Shown here: one piece after another, positions 1 through 10,131 of the stretch
How positions within the stretch are numbered: the stretch's first letter is position 1
How the letters are laid out: each line of letters starts with the position of its first letter
Source: Thermoplasmatota archaeon
GTDB lineage: Archaea > Thermoplasmatota > Thermoplasmata > Halarchaeoplasmatales > Halarchaeoplasmataceae
Length of the DNA stretch: 44,260 nucleotides
Reading direction: 5' to 3'
Assembly: GCA_036626195.1 (NCBI GenBank)
Contig: JAZKSH010000003.1
Location: forward strand, 1 to 44,260
Made by a program: the position numbers and the translations under genes
The notes under the pieces: generated by a model
The model's database searches: none
The model's input: only the letters and a program-made list of their open reading frames with translations
Told to the model about the DNA's origin: nothing

Positions 1-2
1 GA

Positions 3-302
3 GGAGACGCTGGACCCTCTCAGCTGCAACACCAGCCCCAACAACAGCAGCAACAGCCACGGCAGTCACGTCAGGAACAGAGAGGACGGCAACAGCAGCC
101 GCAGCAAAAGTCGCAGCAGCCCCAACAGCAGCAGAGAGGAGTTGCAGGAACATCTCAGAGAGAACAGCAGCCCCAACAACAGCAAACGGCAGGGGGAGCT
201 GCAGAAGAAACGACTAAGGCTTGTTCGACCTGCGGGCAGGAACTTAGATATATCGAGGATTACGATAGGTGGTACTGCGACAATTGTCAGCAATACGATT
301 AA
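3..302 (+). CDS. 3' end of a protein with a Gln-rich linker and C-terminal Zn-ribbon (partial, runs off the left edge)
   Basis: Manual translation of frame 3: ...QPQQQQQQPRQ...KACSTCGQELRYIEDYDRWYCDNCQQYD*, stop TAA at 300-302; CxxC...CxxC. Not in the ORF track. Confidence 0.8.
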   Translation, partial: GDAGPSQLQHQPQQQQQQPRQSRQEQRGRQQQPQQKSQQPQQQQRGVAGTSQREQQPQQQQTAGGAAEETTKACSTCGQELRYIEDYDRWYCDNCQQYD

Positions 303-389
303 ATTCGTAACACCATAAAGAAAAACCCTTTACCTCTGATTTTCTTTACTTTTCTCTACAAGTGAATGATAATCTTTTCGAAGGTGTAT

Positions 390-1313
390 TCAAAATAAGG
401 ACCCAAGGACCAGAGGTAACATCACCGTAGCATCGCCGTGGATTGTACAGTGTTCAGCCTCTTCACTTATCTTTCCCCAGGAGATAGCTTCTTCTGCCCT
501 TGCACCGGACAGAGATCCGTCGTATTCTACAGCTGTAGTGATGTATACGGCGCGATCCAATCCTCCTCTGAATTGATTCCACCAGATGGTGTGGTGTTTT
601 GAGATACACCCTCCGATTATTAGGGCTCCACTCTTCTCGGCGGAAAAGATCTTGTCAGACAGTTCTTGTTCGTCTCTCATCAGATCTATATTGAAGTCTT
701 TATTGTTCTGGTAGTACATCCATAATTGGAAACCGAAGGCGCCGTCAGTAATTCCCGGCACATATATAGGGATCTCATTTTCCGCGGCCCAATAAAGTAT
801 CGAGTCTTCATCTTCTATCCTCTTCCCGAACTCCCATATGATCTCCTTAGTGCTGAAAGAAGATCCCTGTTCATCCACTATCTCTTCGAGCAGGGATTGC
901 ATGTTTTCTTCTAGAACTTCTCCATAGGAAGAGTTCGGGATGAATATATTGCCTAATCGATTTATATTCCTTTGATGCAGTTCTGAGTCGTCAGCATAGA
1001 ATCTTCCGTGATAGTAATCTTCCCACACCCTAGCGAGATCGTGATCTAAAGTTCCGCAGGTCGTAATAACCACATCGAACAGTTCTCTTTTCACCGCCTC
1101 TTTTAATATCCCCCTTGTTCCAGTGGAAACGATACAGGCGGGAAAAGATAGAAAGTTCGTATAATCTTCCGAGAACATCTCTTCTAGTATCTTAGAAGCC
1201 GATCCTACCTTTTTGGCTACGAATCCTCCAGAATCATAGTACTTGGAGACCAACTCAGAAATGGTGGTCTCACCGTTTATCTCTACGTCCTTCACTATTT
1301 TCTTTTCTTCCAT
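390..1313 (-). CDS. dys: Deoxyhypusine synthase
   Basis: Motifs TTCGTLDHD, INRLGNIFIP, PGITDGAFG, SKHH, YDGSLSGARAEEAISWGKI (catalytic Lys), GDAT. Confidence 0.95.
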   Translation of the reverse strand: MEEKKIVKDVEINGETTISELVSKYYDSGGFVAKKVGSASKILEEMFSEDYTNFLSFPACIVSTGTRGILKEAVKRELFDVVITTCGTLDHDLARVWEDYYHGRFYADDSELHQRNINRLGNIFIPNSSYGEVLEENMQSLLEEIVDEQGSSFSTKEIIWEFGKRIEDEDSILYWAAENEIPIYVPGITDGAFGFQLWMYYQNNKDFNIDLMRDEQELSDKIFSAEKSGALIIGGCISKHHTIWWNQFRGGLDRAVYITTAVEYDGSLSGARAEEAISWGKISEEAEHCTIHGDATVMLPLVLGSLF

Positions 1314-1540
1314 GATAGGATCTAAAACGCCACTTTGATAAAAAATTTATGAGCTAACCGGCATTTGTATGACAATAGTGCAGTATTTGTCAGACAAATG
1401 AGTTATTTTTCAGGAACCCTCATAATCAATCAGACGCGATATAGAGGGCTCCAAAGACGAAAATACTTCCGTCGTACTTAAAAGACAATACTTAAATAGT
1501 GGTATATCATTTCTCCCGATGAAGATGGTTGGGATATAGC

Positions 1541-2689
1541 ATGACAGAATCAATAGTTAGCAAGGCTTTAGATAAACATGAAGAGAAAAAAGAAAAGGGC
1601 AAAGAAAAGCCACGAGGTAAAACGATAGACGAAGTGGACGAAGAGGAATTAGAAGCAGCTCCAGAAGATGAGGAACTCCGAGAATTGGTTGACCAGCTCA
1701 AGGTTAACATAAAGATATTTGGCGCAGGTGGCGGGGGTAGTAATACCCTGGATCGTCTGACAGAAGAAGGTATAACTGGTGGAGAGTTGATCGCTGTCAA
1801 CACAGATGCAAAACATCTACTTCATACCCATGCACAGAAAAAAGAACTAATCGGAAAACAGGTAACTAGCGGTCTCGGCGCCGGAGCTAGACCGGAAATC
1901 GGAGAGAAATGTGCAAGGCAATCAAAGGATAAATTGAAAAAGCATGTAGATGGTGCCGATATCGTGTTCTTGACCGCCGGGATGGGCGGTGGAACGGGAA
2001 CCGGTTCGGCTCCTATCATTGCGGACCTAGCGAACGATGAAGATGCTCTCGTCATGGGCGTGGTCACCTTGCCTTTTGAAGCCGAAGGAAAGGAAAGGAT
2101 GAGGAACGCTAAAAGAGGGCTTATGAAGTTGGAAGACCACTGTCACACTACCGTGGTGATACCTAACGATAAACTCCTTGAATTGGTGCCTGACCTTCCG
2201 ATAAACAAGGCTTTTAAAGTGGCCGATGAAATATTGATGGAATCCATCAAAGGGATGACCGAGATAATCACCAAACCCGGACTCGTTAACATAGATTACA
2301 ACGATATGAGGACGATAATGGACAACGGCGAACTGGCGATGATAGGCATCGGAGAATCCGACGATCCAAACAGCAGGATAGAGGATGCCGTGGAACAGGC
2401 TCTCGGGTCTCCGCTTCTAGGTGAAGTGGACGTTAGTGAATCTAAAGGCGCCCTAGTAAGAGTCATGGGCGGACCGAACATGACCGTCAGCGAGGCCGAG
2501 AAAGCGGCAAACATGGTGAACGAGAAGATCAGTAAAGACGCGAGGATAATCTGGGGATGTAACGTGGAAGAGGACATGAGTAACGAGGTCAAGATATTAC
2601 TGGTGATAACCAATGTGCACACCGAGAGCGAAAAGTTCGCCGACGAGATGATGGCCACACCGGACGAAGAGATAGACAGCGTAACTTGA
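1541..2689 (+). CDS. ftsZ: Cell division GTPase FtsZ (ATG at 1541 preferred over TTG at 1529)
   Basis: [26 protein letters not shown], tubulin signature [18 protein letters not shown]. Confidence 0.97.
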   Translation: MTESIVSKALDKHEEKKEKGKEKPRGKTIDEVDEEELEAAPEDEELRELVDQLKVNIKIFGAGGGGSNTLDRLTEEGITGGELIAVNTDAKHLLHTHAQKKELIGKQVTSGLGAGARPEIGEKCARQSKDKLKKHVDGADIVFLTAGMGGGTGTGSAPIIADLANDEDALVMGVVTLPFEAEGKERMRNAKRGLMKLEDHCHTTVVIPNDKLLELVPDLPINKAFKVADEILMESIKGMTEIITKPGLVNIDYNDMRTIMDNGELAMIGIGESDDPNSRIEDAVEQALGSPLLGEVDVSESKGALVRVMGGPNMTVSEAEKAANMVNEKISKDARIIWGCNVEEDMSNEVKILLVITNVHTESEKFADEMMATPDEEIDSVT

Positions 2690-2746
2690 ATTTGGGGACC
2701 ATTCCAAACAACAAATACTTTTATCTCTTTTCCTTTTCTTATCTCC

Positions 2747-3415
2747 ATGGGGATGTTAGCTAAAGGAGCAGGAAAGCCTCTATTGCTCTCTTCGCTTCCT
2801 TTAGTTGTGGTTTTTTTCCTTTATCTTTTTTTCAATTCCGACATCTTATTGTATTCGCTCAGCATTTTTTCTCCCCCGATACTCTTCACGCTGTATTTTT
2901 TCAGAGATCCGGAGAGAGAGATAAATAAAGGGATAACCTCCCCGGCGGATGGAAAAGTCCAGACCCTAGACAAAGAACAAAATACTATCCAGATATTCAT
3001 GAACGTGTGGGACGTCCACGTTAATAGAGCGCCCTGGAAGGGCAGAGTCAAAGCGGAGAAATACCGCGATGGATCACATTTACCGGCCTTTTCCGAAGCG
3101 GCGGAAAAAAACGAACGTCGAGTTTTGCTCCTTGATACGGAATATAGTAAGATCAAGGTATGGCAGATATCCGGTTTAATTGGAAGAAGGATAGTACCTT
3201 ACGTGGAGAAAAACGATGAGGTAGAGAAGGGCGAAAAGATAGGTATGATAAGGTTTGGATCTAAAGTGAAGTTGGAATTTTCTAACCGTGTCGATTTTTC
3301 TGTAGAGGAGGGACAGCGGGTAAAAGCCGGTGAGACCACTTTAGGAGTTTGGGATGCCGAAACAGATTCAAGCTCTGATGGAGACGAGCAGGAGATGAAT
3401 GGAAATGCCCGATAG
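2747..3415 (+). CDS. psd: Phosphatidylserine/archaetidylserine decarboxylase proenzyme
   Basis: YFFRDPER, SPADGKV, IFMNVWDVHVNRAP, KNER, GMIRFGS self-cleavage motif; N-terminal TM segments. Confidence 0.93.
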   Translation: MGMLAKGAGKPLLLSSLPLVVVFFLYLFFNSDILLYSLSIFSPPILFTLYFFRDPEREINKGITSPADGKVQTLDKEQNTIQIFMNVWDVHVNRAPWKGRVKAEKYRDGSHLPAFSEAAEKNERRVLLLDTEYSKIKVWQISGLIGRRIVPYVEKNDEVEKGEKIGMIRFGSKVKLEFSNRVDFSVEEGQRVKAGETTLGVWDAETDSSSDGDEQEMNGNAR

Positions 3416-4181
3416 AGATATGGAAGTATCTTTAACGACCCCTGACTTGGTAACTGTCAGTAACGCTCTCCTCGGTTTTCTATCTATCACCTACGTAGTC
3501 GATGGGCGATTTTTTTCAGCTTCATTACTCATCGTGATATGTGTAGGGTTGGACGGTTTGGATGGATTCTTGGCACGTCGTCTCGACGTCGAGCACGATA
3601 TGGGAGCCTATTTAGACTTTTTTTCGGACATGATATCCTTTTGTTTTGCCCCGGCAGTGTTGCTCTACTCGACCTTCTATGAGATCCAACTAGGCAGAGC
3701 TTGGCAATCACCACAGAACGCTTTGGCCACTATAGTACCTTTTCTCATAGTGTTTTTTGGAACCATGAGACTGACACGATTCGCTGATAAAACTTTTACT
3801 CAAAAGATATACAATGGTTTACCAGCTCCCTGCCTTGCTTTACTGGTGGTGCATCTCACCTATCTGTTAGGCTGGGGATCGACCGGTTGGAATTATCCCA
3901 ACCTCACTCTTTTGGTGATATTGGGATTCAGTCTTTTGCTTTATTCACCGATCCGATATCCGAAGCTTAGAGGTGCGAAGCTGAGGATGGGAGCGGCAGT
4001 ATTTATCGCCTTGACTCTCACGGGTATTTTGCTGATCTATTTTGCTCGAAATGAGGCGAAAGTATTTTTACTGTTCACCCTTGTGGGTCTTATTGGATAT
4101 GTATTCTTAGGACCGTTGATGGTGGTCGATAATGATGAAAGAAAAAGAGGAGATAATCGAAAAGATGGAGATGGCAGATAA
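3399..4181 (+). CDS. pssA: CDP-alcohol phosphatidyltransferase, probable archaetidylserine synthase
   Basis: DGLDGFLARR...GAYLDFFSD motif, RLTRF, GLPAP; overlaps psd. Confidence 0.88.
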   Translation: MEMPDRDMEVSLTTPDLVTVSNALLGFLSITYVVDGRFFSASLLIVICVGLDGLDGFLARRLDVEHDMGAYLDFFSDMISFCFAPAVLLYSTFYEIQLGRAWQSPQNALATIVPFLIVFFGTMRLTRFADKTFTQKIYNGLPAPCLALLVVHLTYLLGWGSTGWNYPNLTLLVILGFSLLLYSPIRYPKLRGAKLRMGAAVFIALTLTGILLIYFARNEAKVFLLFTLVGLIGYVFLGPLMVVDNDERKRGDNRKDGDGR

Positions 4182-4548
4182 ATATTTCAACTGCAGCGAT
4201 CGTGAAAGGATAGCTTTCGAAGTAGGGATAAAACTCGGTGCACTATTCCACCAATTCATCGGAACGCCTGTGAGCCCTCACAATATAGATATACTCGAAA
4301 AATCCATCGAGAACACTACCGAAAGTCAAGCGTTTGTCAAGTCCGCCGAAGTCAATATAAAACCGAGTGGTTCGGGTGACGAAGATGATGAAAATATGGG
4401 ACCTTTTGATTACACCACGTTGACGGAAGATATGATAGAAGCGGAAGTGGTGATAGAATATGATGGATTGAGAGCTGTAGGGGAGATGAGATATGTGGAA
4501 GAGATGAACTATCCGCTTATGTACATAAAGGAGATAGACGAGATATGA
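4132..4548 (+). CDS. mptD: Archaeal dihydroneopterin aldolase (MptD family)
   Basis: RERIAFEVGIKLGALFHQFIGTPV and C-terminal YPLMYI. Confidence 0.85.
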   Translation: MMKEKEEIIEKMEMADKYFNCSDRERIAFEVGIKLGALFHQFIGTPVSPHNIDILEKSIENTTESQAFVKSAEVNIKPSGSGDEDDENMGPFDYTTLTEDMIEAEVVIEYDGLRAVGEMRYVEEMNYPLMYIKEIDEI

Positions 4549-4628
4549 AAAATTTTTCGAACATCCTAACAATAAATAAATAGTGGGTAATCCATAACCT
4601 TGTAATAACTACAGAGGCGCGGTAGAAT

Positions 4629-5186
4629 ATGGTTAAAAGTTTGAAGATCGGTATAAGCGGAGCCTGGGGCACTCAAAAATCCGATACTATCAAGTCCATA
4701 ATAGAGATGCTGTCTGAAGAAGATCTCGAGGTAGGCGGGATGGTGACGGAACCGATAATGGAGGATAACAGGAGAGTCGGTTTTCAGGTGATGGACTGGA
4801 GAACCAAGGAAAAAGCCGTCTTCGCACATCTAGACCTAGATTCATCTGTTGAGGTAAAAGGATACGGGGTCAATCTAGACTCACTGAATGAAGTCGGAGT
4901 TAAGGCCATCAAAAACGCGGCGAAGGAAAACGATATAGTGCTGATAGACGAGATCGGCAAGATGCAGGTCGAGAGCGAGGAGTTCTGTGATGTGGTCAGT
5001 AAGATCTTCGAAGTAGATAAACCTTTGATCATCACCTTTGAGAAGAAATCGAGGAATACGTTACTTCAGGACCTAAGGAGAAGAGACGACGTCCGGATGT
5101 TGGAGCTCACTGAAGTAAACAAGGACCTCCTCCCCTACAAGGTCGTCGAACTGATCGAAGAGGAACTCGAAGGCGATCTGATGTGA
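4629..5186 (+). CDS. THEP1/NTPase_1-family nucleoside triphosphatase with atypical P-loop
   Basis: GGMVT, RRVGF, YGVNL, LIDEIGKMQ; Walker A reads GAWGTQKS. Confidence 0.85.
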   Translation: MVKSLKIGISGAWGTQKSDTIKSIIEMLSEEDLEVGGMVTEPIMEDNRRVGFQVMDWRTKEKAVFAHLDLDSSVEVKGYGVNLDSLNEVGVKAIKNAAKENDIVLIDEIGKMQVESEEFCDVVSKIFEVDKPLIITFEKKSRNTLLQDLRRRDDVRMLELTEVNKDLLPYKVVELIEEELEGDLM

Positions 5187-6271
5187 GCTGCGTAGAGATA
5201 GAAGAGGGTGAGATCAGTTTTTTCGCTCCGGAACATGAAGACGGCGAAGGCCCGAAGAAGATAGAGAAAGAAGTATTCTATAACCCTTCGATGCAGATGA
5301 ATAGAGACACCTGCATCTCTTTTTTGAAAGCTTTCACAGCAGGCGAGGATATCAGTGTGCTTGACGGCATGGCCGCTACTGGCGTCAGAGGTCTTCGTAT
5401 ATTAAAAGAGAGTTCGATCTCGAACGTAACTATCAACGACGTCTCCACTCACGCGGTCGACCTGATCGAAAAGAACGCGAAAGAAAATTCTCTACTAGAA
5501 GATATAAACATCACAAACGATTCAATAGAGAAACACCTGTTAGAGAACAGGTATGAATACGATTATATCGATATCGATCCTTTTGGAACTCCTGTACCGT
5601 ATTATCCTTTAGCTGCTCGATGCGTTTCACATGAAGGAGCCGTGGGTGTGACCGCGACCGATACGGCGGTTCTCTGCGGGACATATCCCGATACCTGCAG
5701 AAGAAAGTATTCGGCCCGACCCGAAAACAACTGGTGCAAGCATGAAAACGGTCTAAGGATACTGATCGGTTACTGTGCAAGAGAAGCCGCCAGGCACGAC
5801 AGATGGATAAGACCTCTACTGTCCTACTACGAAGGTCATCACTTCCGGACCTATCTGCAGATTGGAGAAGGTAAAAAGAGGGCTGATAGTTGTTTGGATG
5901 AACTGGAGAGCGTGTGCTTCAGGAAAGGGAAGTGGGATTACGGAGATGAAAGTGGAAAGAGGAAAAGCGGCCCCTTTTGGATCGGTCAACTGTTTTCCGA
6001 AGAAATACTCGAAAATCTAGAAGTTGTCGGAAAATTAGACGAAGATAGGCTAACTTTATGGAAAAGTGAATCCGGATTACCGCCTTTCTTTTACGATACC
6101 AACGAGCTCAGCAGTATATTGAAGGTAGCGCCCCCTCCGATAAACGATATCGATGAAAAGCTAAAAGAGAAAGGCTTCAGAAGTTCTAGAACACATTTTT
6201 CATCTACGGGTATAAAGACCGATGCCCCATACGAAGAAATAGAGAGGATATTCTTAGGTCTTTCCTCTTAG
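5183..6271 (+). CDS. trm1: tRNA (guanine26-N2)-dimethyltransferase
   Basis: VFYNPSMQMNRD, DGMAATGVRGLR, DIDPFGTP, VTATDTAVLCG, SRTHFSSTGIKTDA. Confidence 0.95.
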   Translation: MSCVEIEEGEISFFAPEHEDGEGPKKIEKEVFYNPSMQMNRDTCISFLKAFTAGEDISVLDGMAATGVRGLRILKESSISNVTINDVSTHAVDLIEKNAKENSLLEDINITNDSIEKHLLENRYEYDYIDIDPFGTPVPYYPLAARCVSHEGAVGVTATDTAVLCGTYPDTCRRKYSARPENNWCKHENGLRILIGYCAREAARHDRWIRPLLSYYEGHHFRTYLQIGEGKKRADSCLDELESVCFRKGKWDYGDESGKRKSGPFWIGQLFSEEILENLEVVGKLDEDRLTLWKSESGLPPFFYDTNELSSILKVAPPPINDIDEKLKEKGFRSSRTHFSSTGIKTDAPYEEIERIFLGLSS

Positions 6272-8019
6272 GTACGAGCATCGAAATGCACCACCGGACA
6301 CTTCCCCAAACATCGTCCGCAGTGATCGCATTTTTCAGGATCTATTTTCACTCCGTTATCGAAAGATAAGGCGTTTTTCTCACACCTACCTACACAGACA
6401 CCACATTCGACACAGTGTAGGGCTTTTTTGTGTACTCGAAGGACCTCTTCTTTATCTAGTTCTTTAAACGAACTTTCCTCTACATCGCAAAGCGCGTTGA
6501 GCAGGTTTTTTGTCCGTCGGTGTTTCAGCATCTCGTCTATAGACTTTTCATCCCAAGATTTTTCGATGTTTTCCGGTTCTCCGTCGAGAAGTTTTTCCAT
6601 ATTTTCAGGCACGTCCAACCATCTCCAGAGGCCGAGTTCTATCCACTCTTCTTGTAGATCGTTCTTCTCCGCATATTTTTTCAAAGCTTTCTCGAATCTC
6701 TGATAATCTGAAAACTCTTCTTTCAGTTTTTCAAATTCGGCTAGATCGGACGCGGGACAGACCCAACAGCCTATCCTTTCGAATCCTTTTTCATACCACG
6801 GGTTCCACTCCGCGTTTTTCTGGAACAGATATAACCATACATGGAGTGCGGTCCAATCCTGTATAGGGGATGCGGATTTCTGTCCAGGCACCCATGGGTT
6901 ATCCCAAGTACTCCCTTGACTCATCCTCTGTCTGGATTCGTACCTTCTCTGGCCGATGAAGGATAGAACGCCGTTCTGGTAAGTTTCGTCGATCAAAAGA
7001 GCGGTCGGACCCAGCTTGCAGGTCTTGCAGCACCAGCGGTAGTCTCTAGCCGAAGGGCCGAAATGGTCGAGGTTGTCCCAATAACCGCTGTCCGCTTTCC
7101 TTTCGTGAAGTGTGAGATCGTACTTTTTGGCCACATTTCTAACATTTTCTATAGTCTCAGGTAACTCAATGCCGGTATCGATAAATATCAAATCCGGATC
7201 TATCCCGGCTTCAAGTAAGATGTGAAGTGTGGCCAAAGAATACTTTCCTCCGCTGTAGGCCACCGCGACCGGCAGCTCATTTTTTTCCACGTTTTTCTCC
7301 ACGAACTCTACTGCATCATTTACTCTTTCATCTATATGTTCTCGGTTAGCTTTTATGACGTCATCCCAGCTCGCTTTCGTTTCGTTCGGAGAATAATCAG
7401 ATATTCTCCACCTGTTTTTCACTCCTCTCCCTGAAGAGGCCTCAACGAGTTCTTTGCCCGGGTATCTTGCCGGACCTGAACAGATAATATCACCTGATTC
7501 ATCAGTGACTATTACCTCACCACCCTCCTCTATTGAGGGGTCTGCAGCAGTGATCCCCGGGGCCAGCACACTCCCTCCGTCAAGGATCGGTTCGACAGCG
7601 CCTTGATCTACTTCGACGAAGCCCTCATCGGGTTTTTTTAAACCTTCCCAGGGTCTTAAGATGAACTCATACGGATCCTTGCCTTCCAATTTTCTTTCCG
7701 GATTATATCTTAATGCGCCGATGACTTCACCGTCAACTATCACTTCGTCCATCTTATCTCTGGAAGGGATACCGTTGAGTACGACGGGTGTTCCATCTGA
7801 AAGAAGTTGGTAAGAGTAATCATCGCCCCACTGTCTATCGATGGTATCTCTTATTATCAGGATATCTTCATCAAAGGCCGGTCTGACATCTCCCGGTGGG
7901 GTGATCTCGACTTTTCTCGAGGGTTCACCGCAAAGGGCACAATCCCCTTCTTCTACTATGGGGACGTTGCAGTGATCACACCAGTGCAGGTGTATCTTTC
8001 CTAATCTTACCAATGACAT
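6268..8019 (-). CDS. PAPS-reductase-family protein with N-terminal Zn-binding motif, PUA domain and C-terminal 4Fe-4S dicluster
   Basis: WCDHCNVP..C..C, PPGDVRPAF, SGGKYS PP-loop, RWCCKTCKLGP, GFERIGCWVCP, two CxxCxxCxxxC motifs. Confidence 0.88.
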   Translation of the reverse strand: MSLVRLGKIHLHWCDHCNVPIVEEGDCALCGEPSRKVEITPPGDVRPAFDEDILIIRDTIDRQWGDDYSYQLLSDGTPVVLNGIPSRDKMDEVIVDGEVIGALRYNPERKLEGKDPYEFILRPWEGLKKPDEGFVEVDQGAVEPILDGGSVLAPGITAADPSIEEGGEVIVTDESGDIICSGPARYPGKELVEASSGRGVKNRWRISDYSPNETKASWDDVIKANREHIDERVNDAVEFVEKNVEKNELPVAVAYSGGKYSLATLHILLEAGIDPDLIFIDTGIELPETIENVRNVAKKYDLTLHERKADSGYWDNLDHFGPSARDYRWCCKTCKLGPTALLIDETYQNGVLSFIGQRRYESRQRMSQGSTWDNPWVPGQKSASPIQDWTALHVWLYLFQKNAEWNPWYEKGFERIGCWVCPASDLAEFEKLKEEFSDYQRFEKALKKYAEKNDLQEEWIELGLWRWLDVPENMEKLLDGEPENIEKSWDEKSIDEMLKHRRTKNLLNALCDVEESSFKELDKEEVLRVHKKALHCVECGVCVGRCEKNALSFDNGVKIDPEKCDHCGRCLGKCPVVHFDART

Positions 8020-8080
8020 ACTACAGGCCTCTTGGGATACGCTTCGATATTAAATCTTTCGTTCACCGACTCCCTTGATT

Positions 8081-8587
8081 TCACTCTAGTGCAGTTATCT
8101 CTTCATCATCCACCCGTTTTTCTACCTCACCCTTCACTTTCCCCTTGGCCAATCTGTCGAGAAGATCTCTATCATTATCGTGAATTATGATGTGGTCTAC
8201 ATCCATCTTTTCGTAATCTTTAACTATCTCATCCGCAATGACTCCCCCTTTTCTCATCCGCACTACCGTGGGTATGTCAATTTGGTCTGTGATCTTTAAA
8301 ACGTCCTCAGTATAATCATCGACTTTTTCCCTCTTGTCTTTCACCACCGAATCGATGAAATTTTCCTTCGTCTTTTTTCCTATTCTCGTATCAAGTTTAT
8401 CTTTCATCTCTGGAACTTCGATTATCTTCAAGATTATGATCTTGGTAGGTTTCTCCCTTTTTATCGTCCCTTTTATCATTTCTAGAGAGGTTTCAGAGTA
8501 CGGCTTCTCGTAGCAGGCTATAAGCAGGACATTATCTTCGTCAGGAATCCCGTCTTTATTTGATTTCTCCTTTAGCATAAATACCAC
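8081..8587 (-). CDS. Universal stress protein (USP)-like protein
   Basis: MRKGGVIADEIV...DHIII pattern; paralog of 10132-10698. Confidence 0.7.
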   Translation of the reverse strand: MVFMLKEKSNKDGIPDEDNVLLIACYEKPYSETSLEMIKGTIKREKPTKIIILKIIEVPEMKDKLDTRIGKKTKENFIDSVVKDKREKVDDYTEDVLKITDQIDIPTVVRMRKGGVIADEIVKDYEKMDVDHIIIHDNDRDLLDRLAKGKVKGEVEKRVDDEEITALE

Positions 8588-8591
8588 GTTT

Positions 8592-10043
8592 TTACCAATA
8601 TCCGAGTAATCTCCACCAGCCCAATCCTATCGTTAGGAATATTGCTAGACCGATTATGTTAAGTATCAGTCCAGAAACCAGGAAGTCTTTCTGATCAAGA
8701 TGTCCCGTAGAGTAGACCAATGCTGCGCTGGGCGTACCGACGACGAACATGAAGGCGAAGGCGCTGGGCATCGCTACAAGAAATACGGGTAATATATCGA
8801 CGAAACCTAACGCCAGCATAGCTGAAAGAGCGATGGGTAAAACTACGCCCGTGGTCGCGGCATTGCTCATCAAATTCGATAGGAAAGCGGTTAGAATCGC
8901 GAACATCGCGAGTAATAGGAATGGATTCTCTCCGACCATGTTCAGCAGCGAAGTGGCGATGAACTGCAGTGTCTGTGACTCGCTCAGGATGAATCCCAGT
9001 GAGATCGCACCTCCGTAGAGGAATATGGTGCCCCAAGGGAGTCTTTCAGCGATGTCGTCCCAGCTTATAGTGCCCGAAAGAGCGATAACCACCGAGATAA
9101 AGACCGCTATAACGCCCATGCCGAATACCTGACCTAGAACCGCCCAGGCGATGAAAGCCGATATCAGGAAACCGAGCGCCTTCGCTTCCCCCATCGAGAA
9201 ATCCCCCATCTCTTCGACCTGGTTGCCTATCTCGCTCAGGAGTTTTCCCATATCGACGCCTTCAATGTCGAATATCTTTATCAACACTATATATACGAAG
9301 AAGGTCATCAGAAGGACCATCGGTATAGCCGCGATGAACCATTCTACGAAGGAAATCGATTTACCCGTTTCGGCATAATATATCTCGATAGCTAGTGGAT
9401 TTCTAGCTCCTCCCAACAGAGTGCCCATACTGCCCACGCTGGTGGAAAAAGAAAGGCCTAGCAAACTAGCTTTTATGAAATCAGGGTTGAGTTCTCCTTC
9501 TTCATATATCGAATAAATGCTGAGGAGGACCGGTATAAATATGGCGGCGACGCCGTGGGCGGGCATAGTCATCGAGAGGAAAGAGCCTATGAGAACTATA
9601 CCTAAGAGGAATTGTTTGGGGCTGTCGCCGAACCTTCTCAAGACCTTGAGAGCTATCCTTTTATGAAGACCGTATTTCTCTACGGTCAGACTCAAAATAA
9701 AAGCTCCTATCAGGAAGAAAATGGTTGTCGAGGCAAAACCGGTGAAAGCCTCGGTCGGTTCTACCATCCCAAGCATCACAGAAAAAGAGATGATCAGGAA
9801 CGCGGTGAACATGTAGGATACCGGTGTCAGTAGCCAGTAATAGATAGCTAGAAAGAGAAGAGCTATTCCATAATACTGTTTAGCGGCGGCAGCGTCGGGG
9901 GCGATATAGTTGAAGGTCAAAAGAAGCATGGCGAATACGAGTAGGCCCAAGACTCCCTGTACCTTGTCGCTCCTAAGGTACCTCAACATGCTGAGTTTAT
10001 GTCCGGTTATTTTTGATCTTAAATTTTCAGTGGTTGACTCCAT
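8592..10043 (-). CDS. SLC13/DASS-family sodium:anion (sulfate or dicarboxylate) symporter
   Basis: GLHKRIAL, SVGSMGTLLGGARNP, ISFVEW, SNLMSNAAT, VGTPS; many TM helices. Confidence 0.9.
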   Translation of the reverse strand: MESTTENLRSKITGHKLSMLRYLRSDKVQGVLGLLVFAMLLLTFNYIAPDAAAAKQYYGIALLFLAIYYWLLTPVSYMFTAFLIISFSVMLGMVEPTEAFTGFASTTIFFLIGAFILSLTVEKYGLHKRIALKVLRRFGDSPKQFLLGIVLIGSFLSMTMPAHGVAAIFIPVLLSIYSIYEEGELNPDFIKASLLGLSFSTSVGSMGTLLGGARNPLAIEIYYAETGKSISFVEWFIAAIPMVLLMTFFVYIVLIKIFDIEGVDMGKLLSEIGNQVEEMGDFSMGEAKALGFLISAFIAWAVLGQVFGMGVIAVFISVVIALSGTISWDDIAERLPWGTIFLYGGAISLGFILSESQTLQFIATSLLNMVGENPFLLLAMFAILTAFLSNLMSNAATTGVVLPIALSAMLALGFVDILPVFLVAMPSAFAFMFVVGTPSAALVYSTGHLDQKDFLVSGLILNIIGLAIFLTIGLGWWRLLGYW

Positions 10044-10131
10044 TTTCTACCTCTTTGCTAGTTCTTTGTGCACAGAAAACTATAGCACAAAGTAAATATT
10101 TTTCAAGTGTAAAGTTGAAGGATAGAGTGGA

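Noticed and set aside
66-293. Leu-rich minus-strand ORF and other short antisense ORFs in the track
   Set aside because: They are shadows of well-supported genes on the opposite strand; here the real frame is the Gln-rich + strand ORF.
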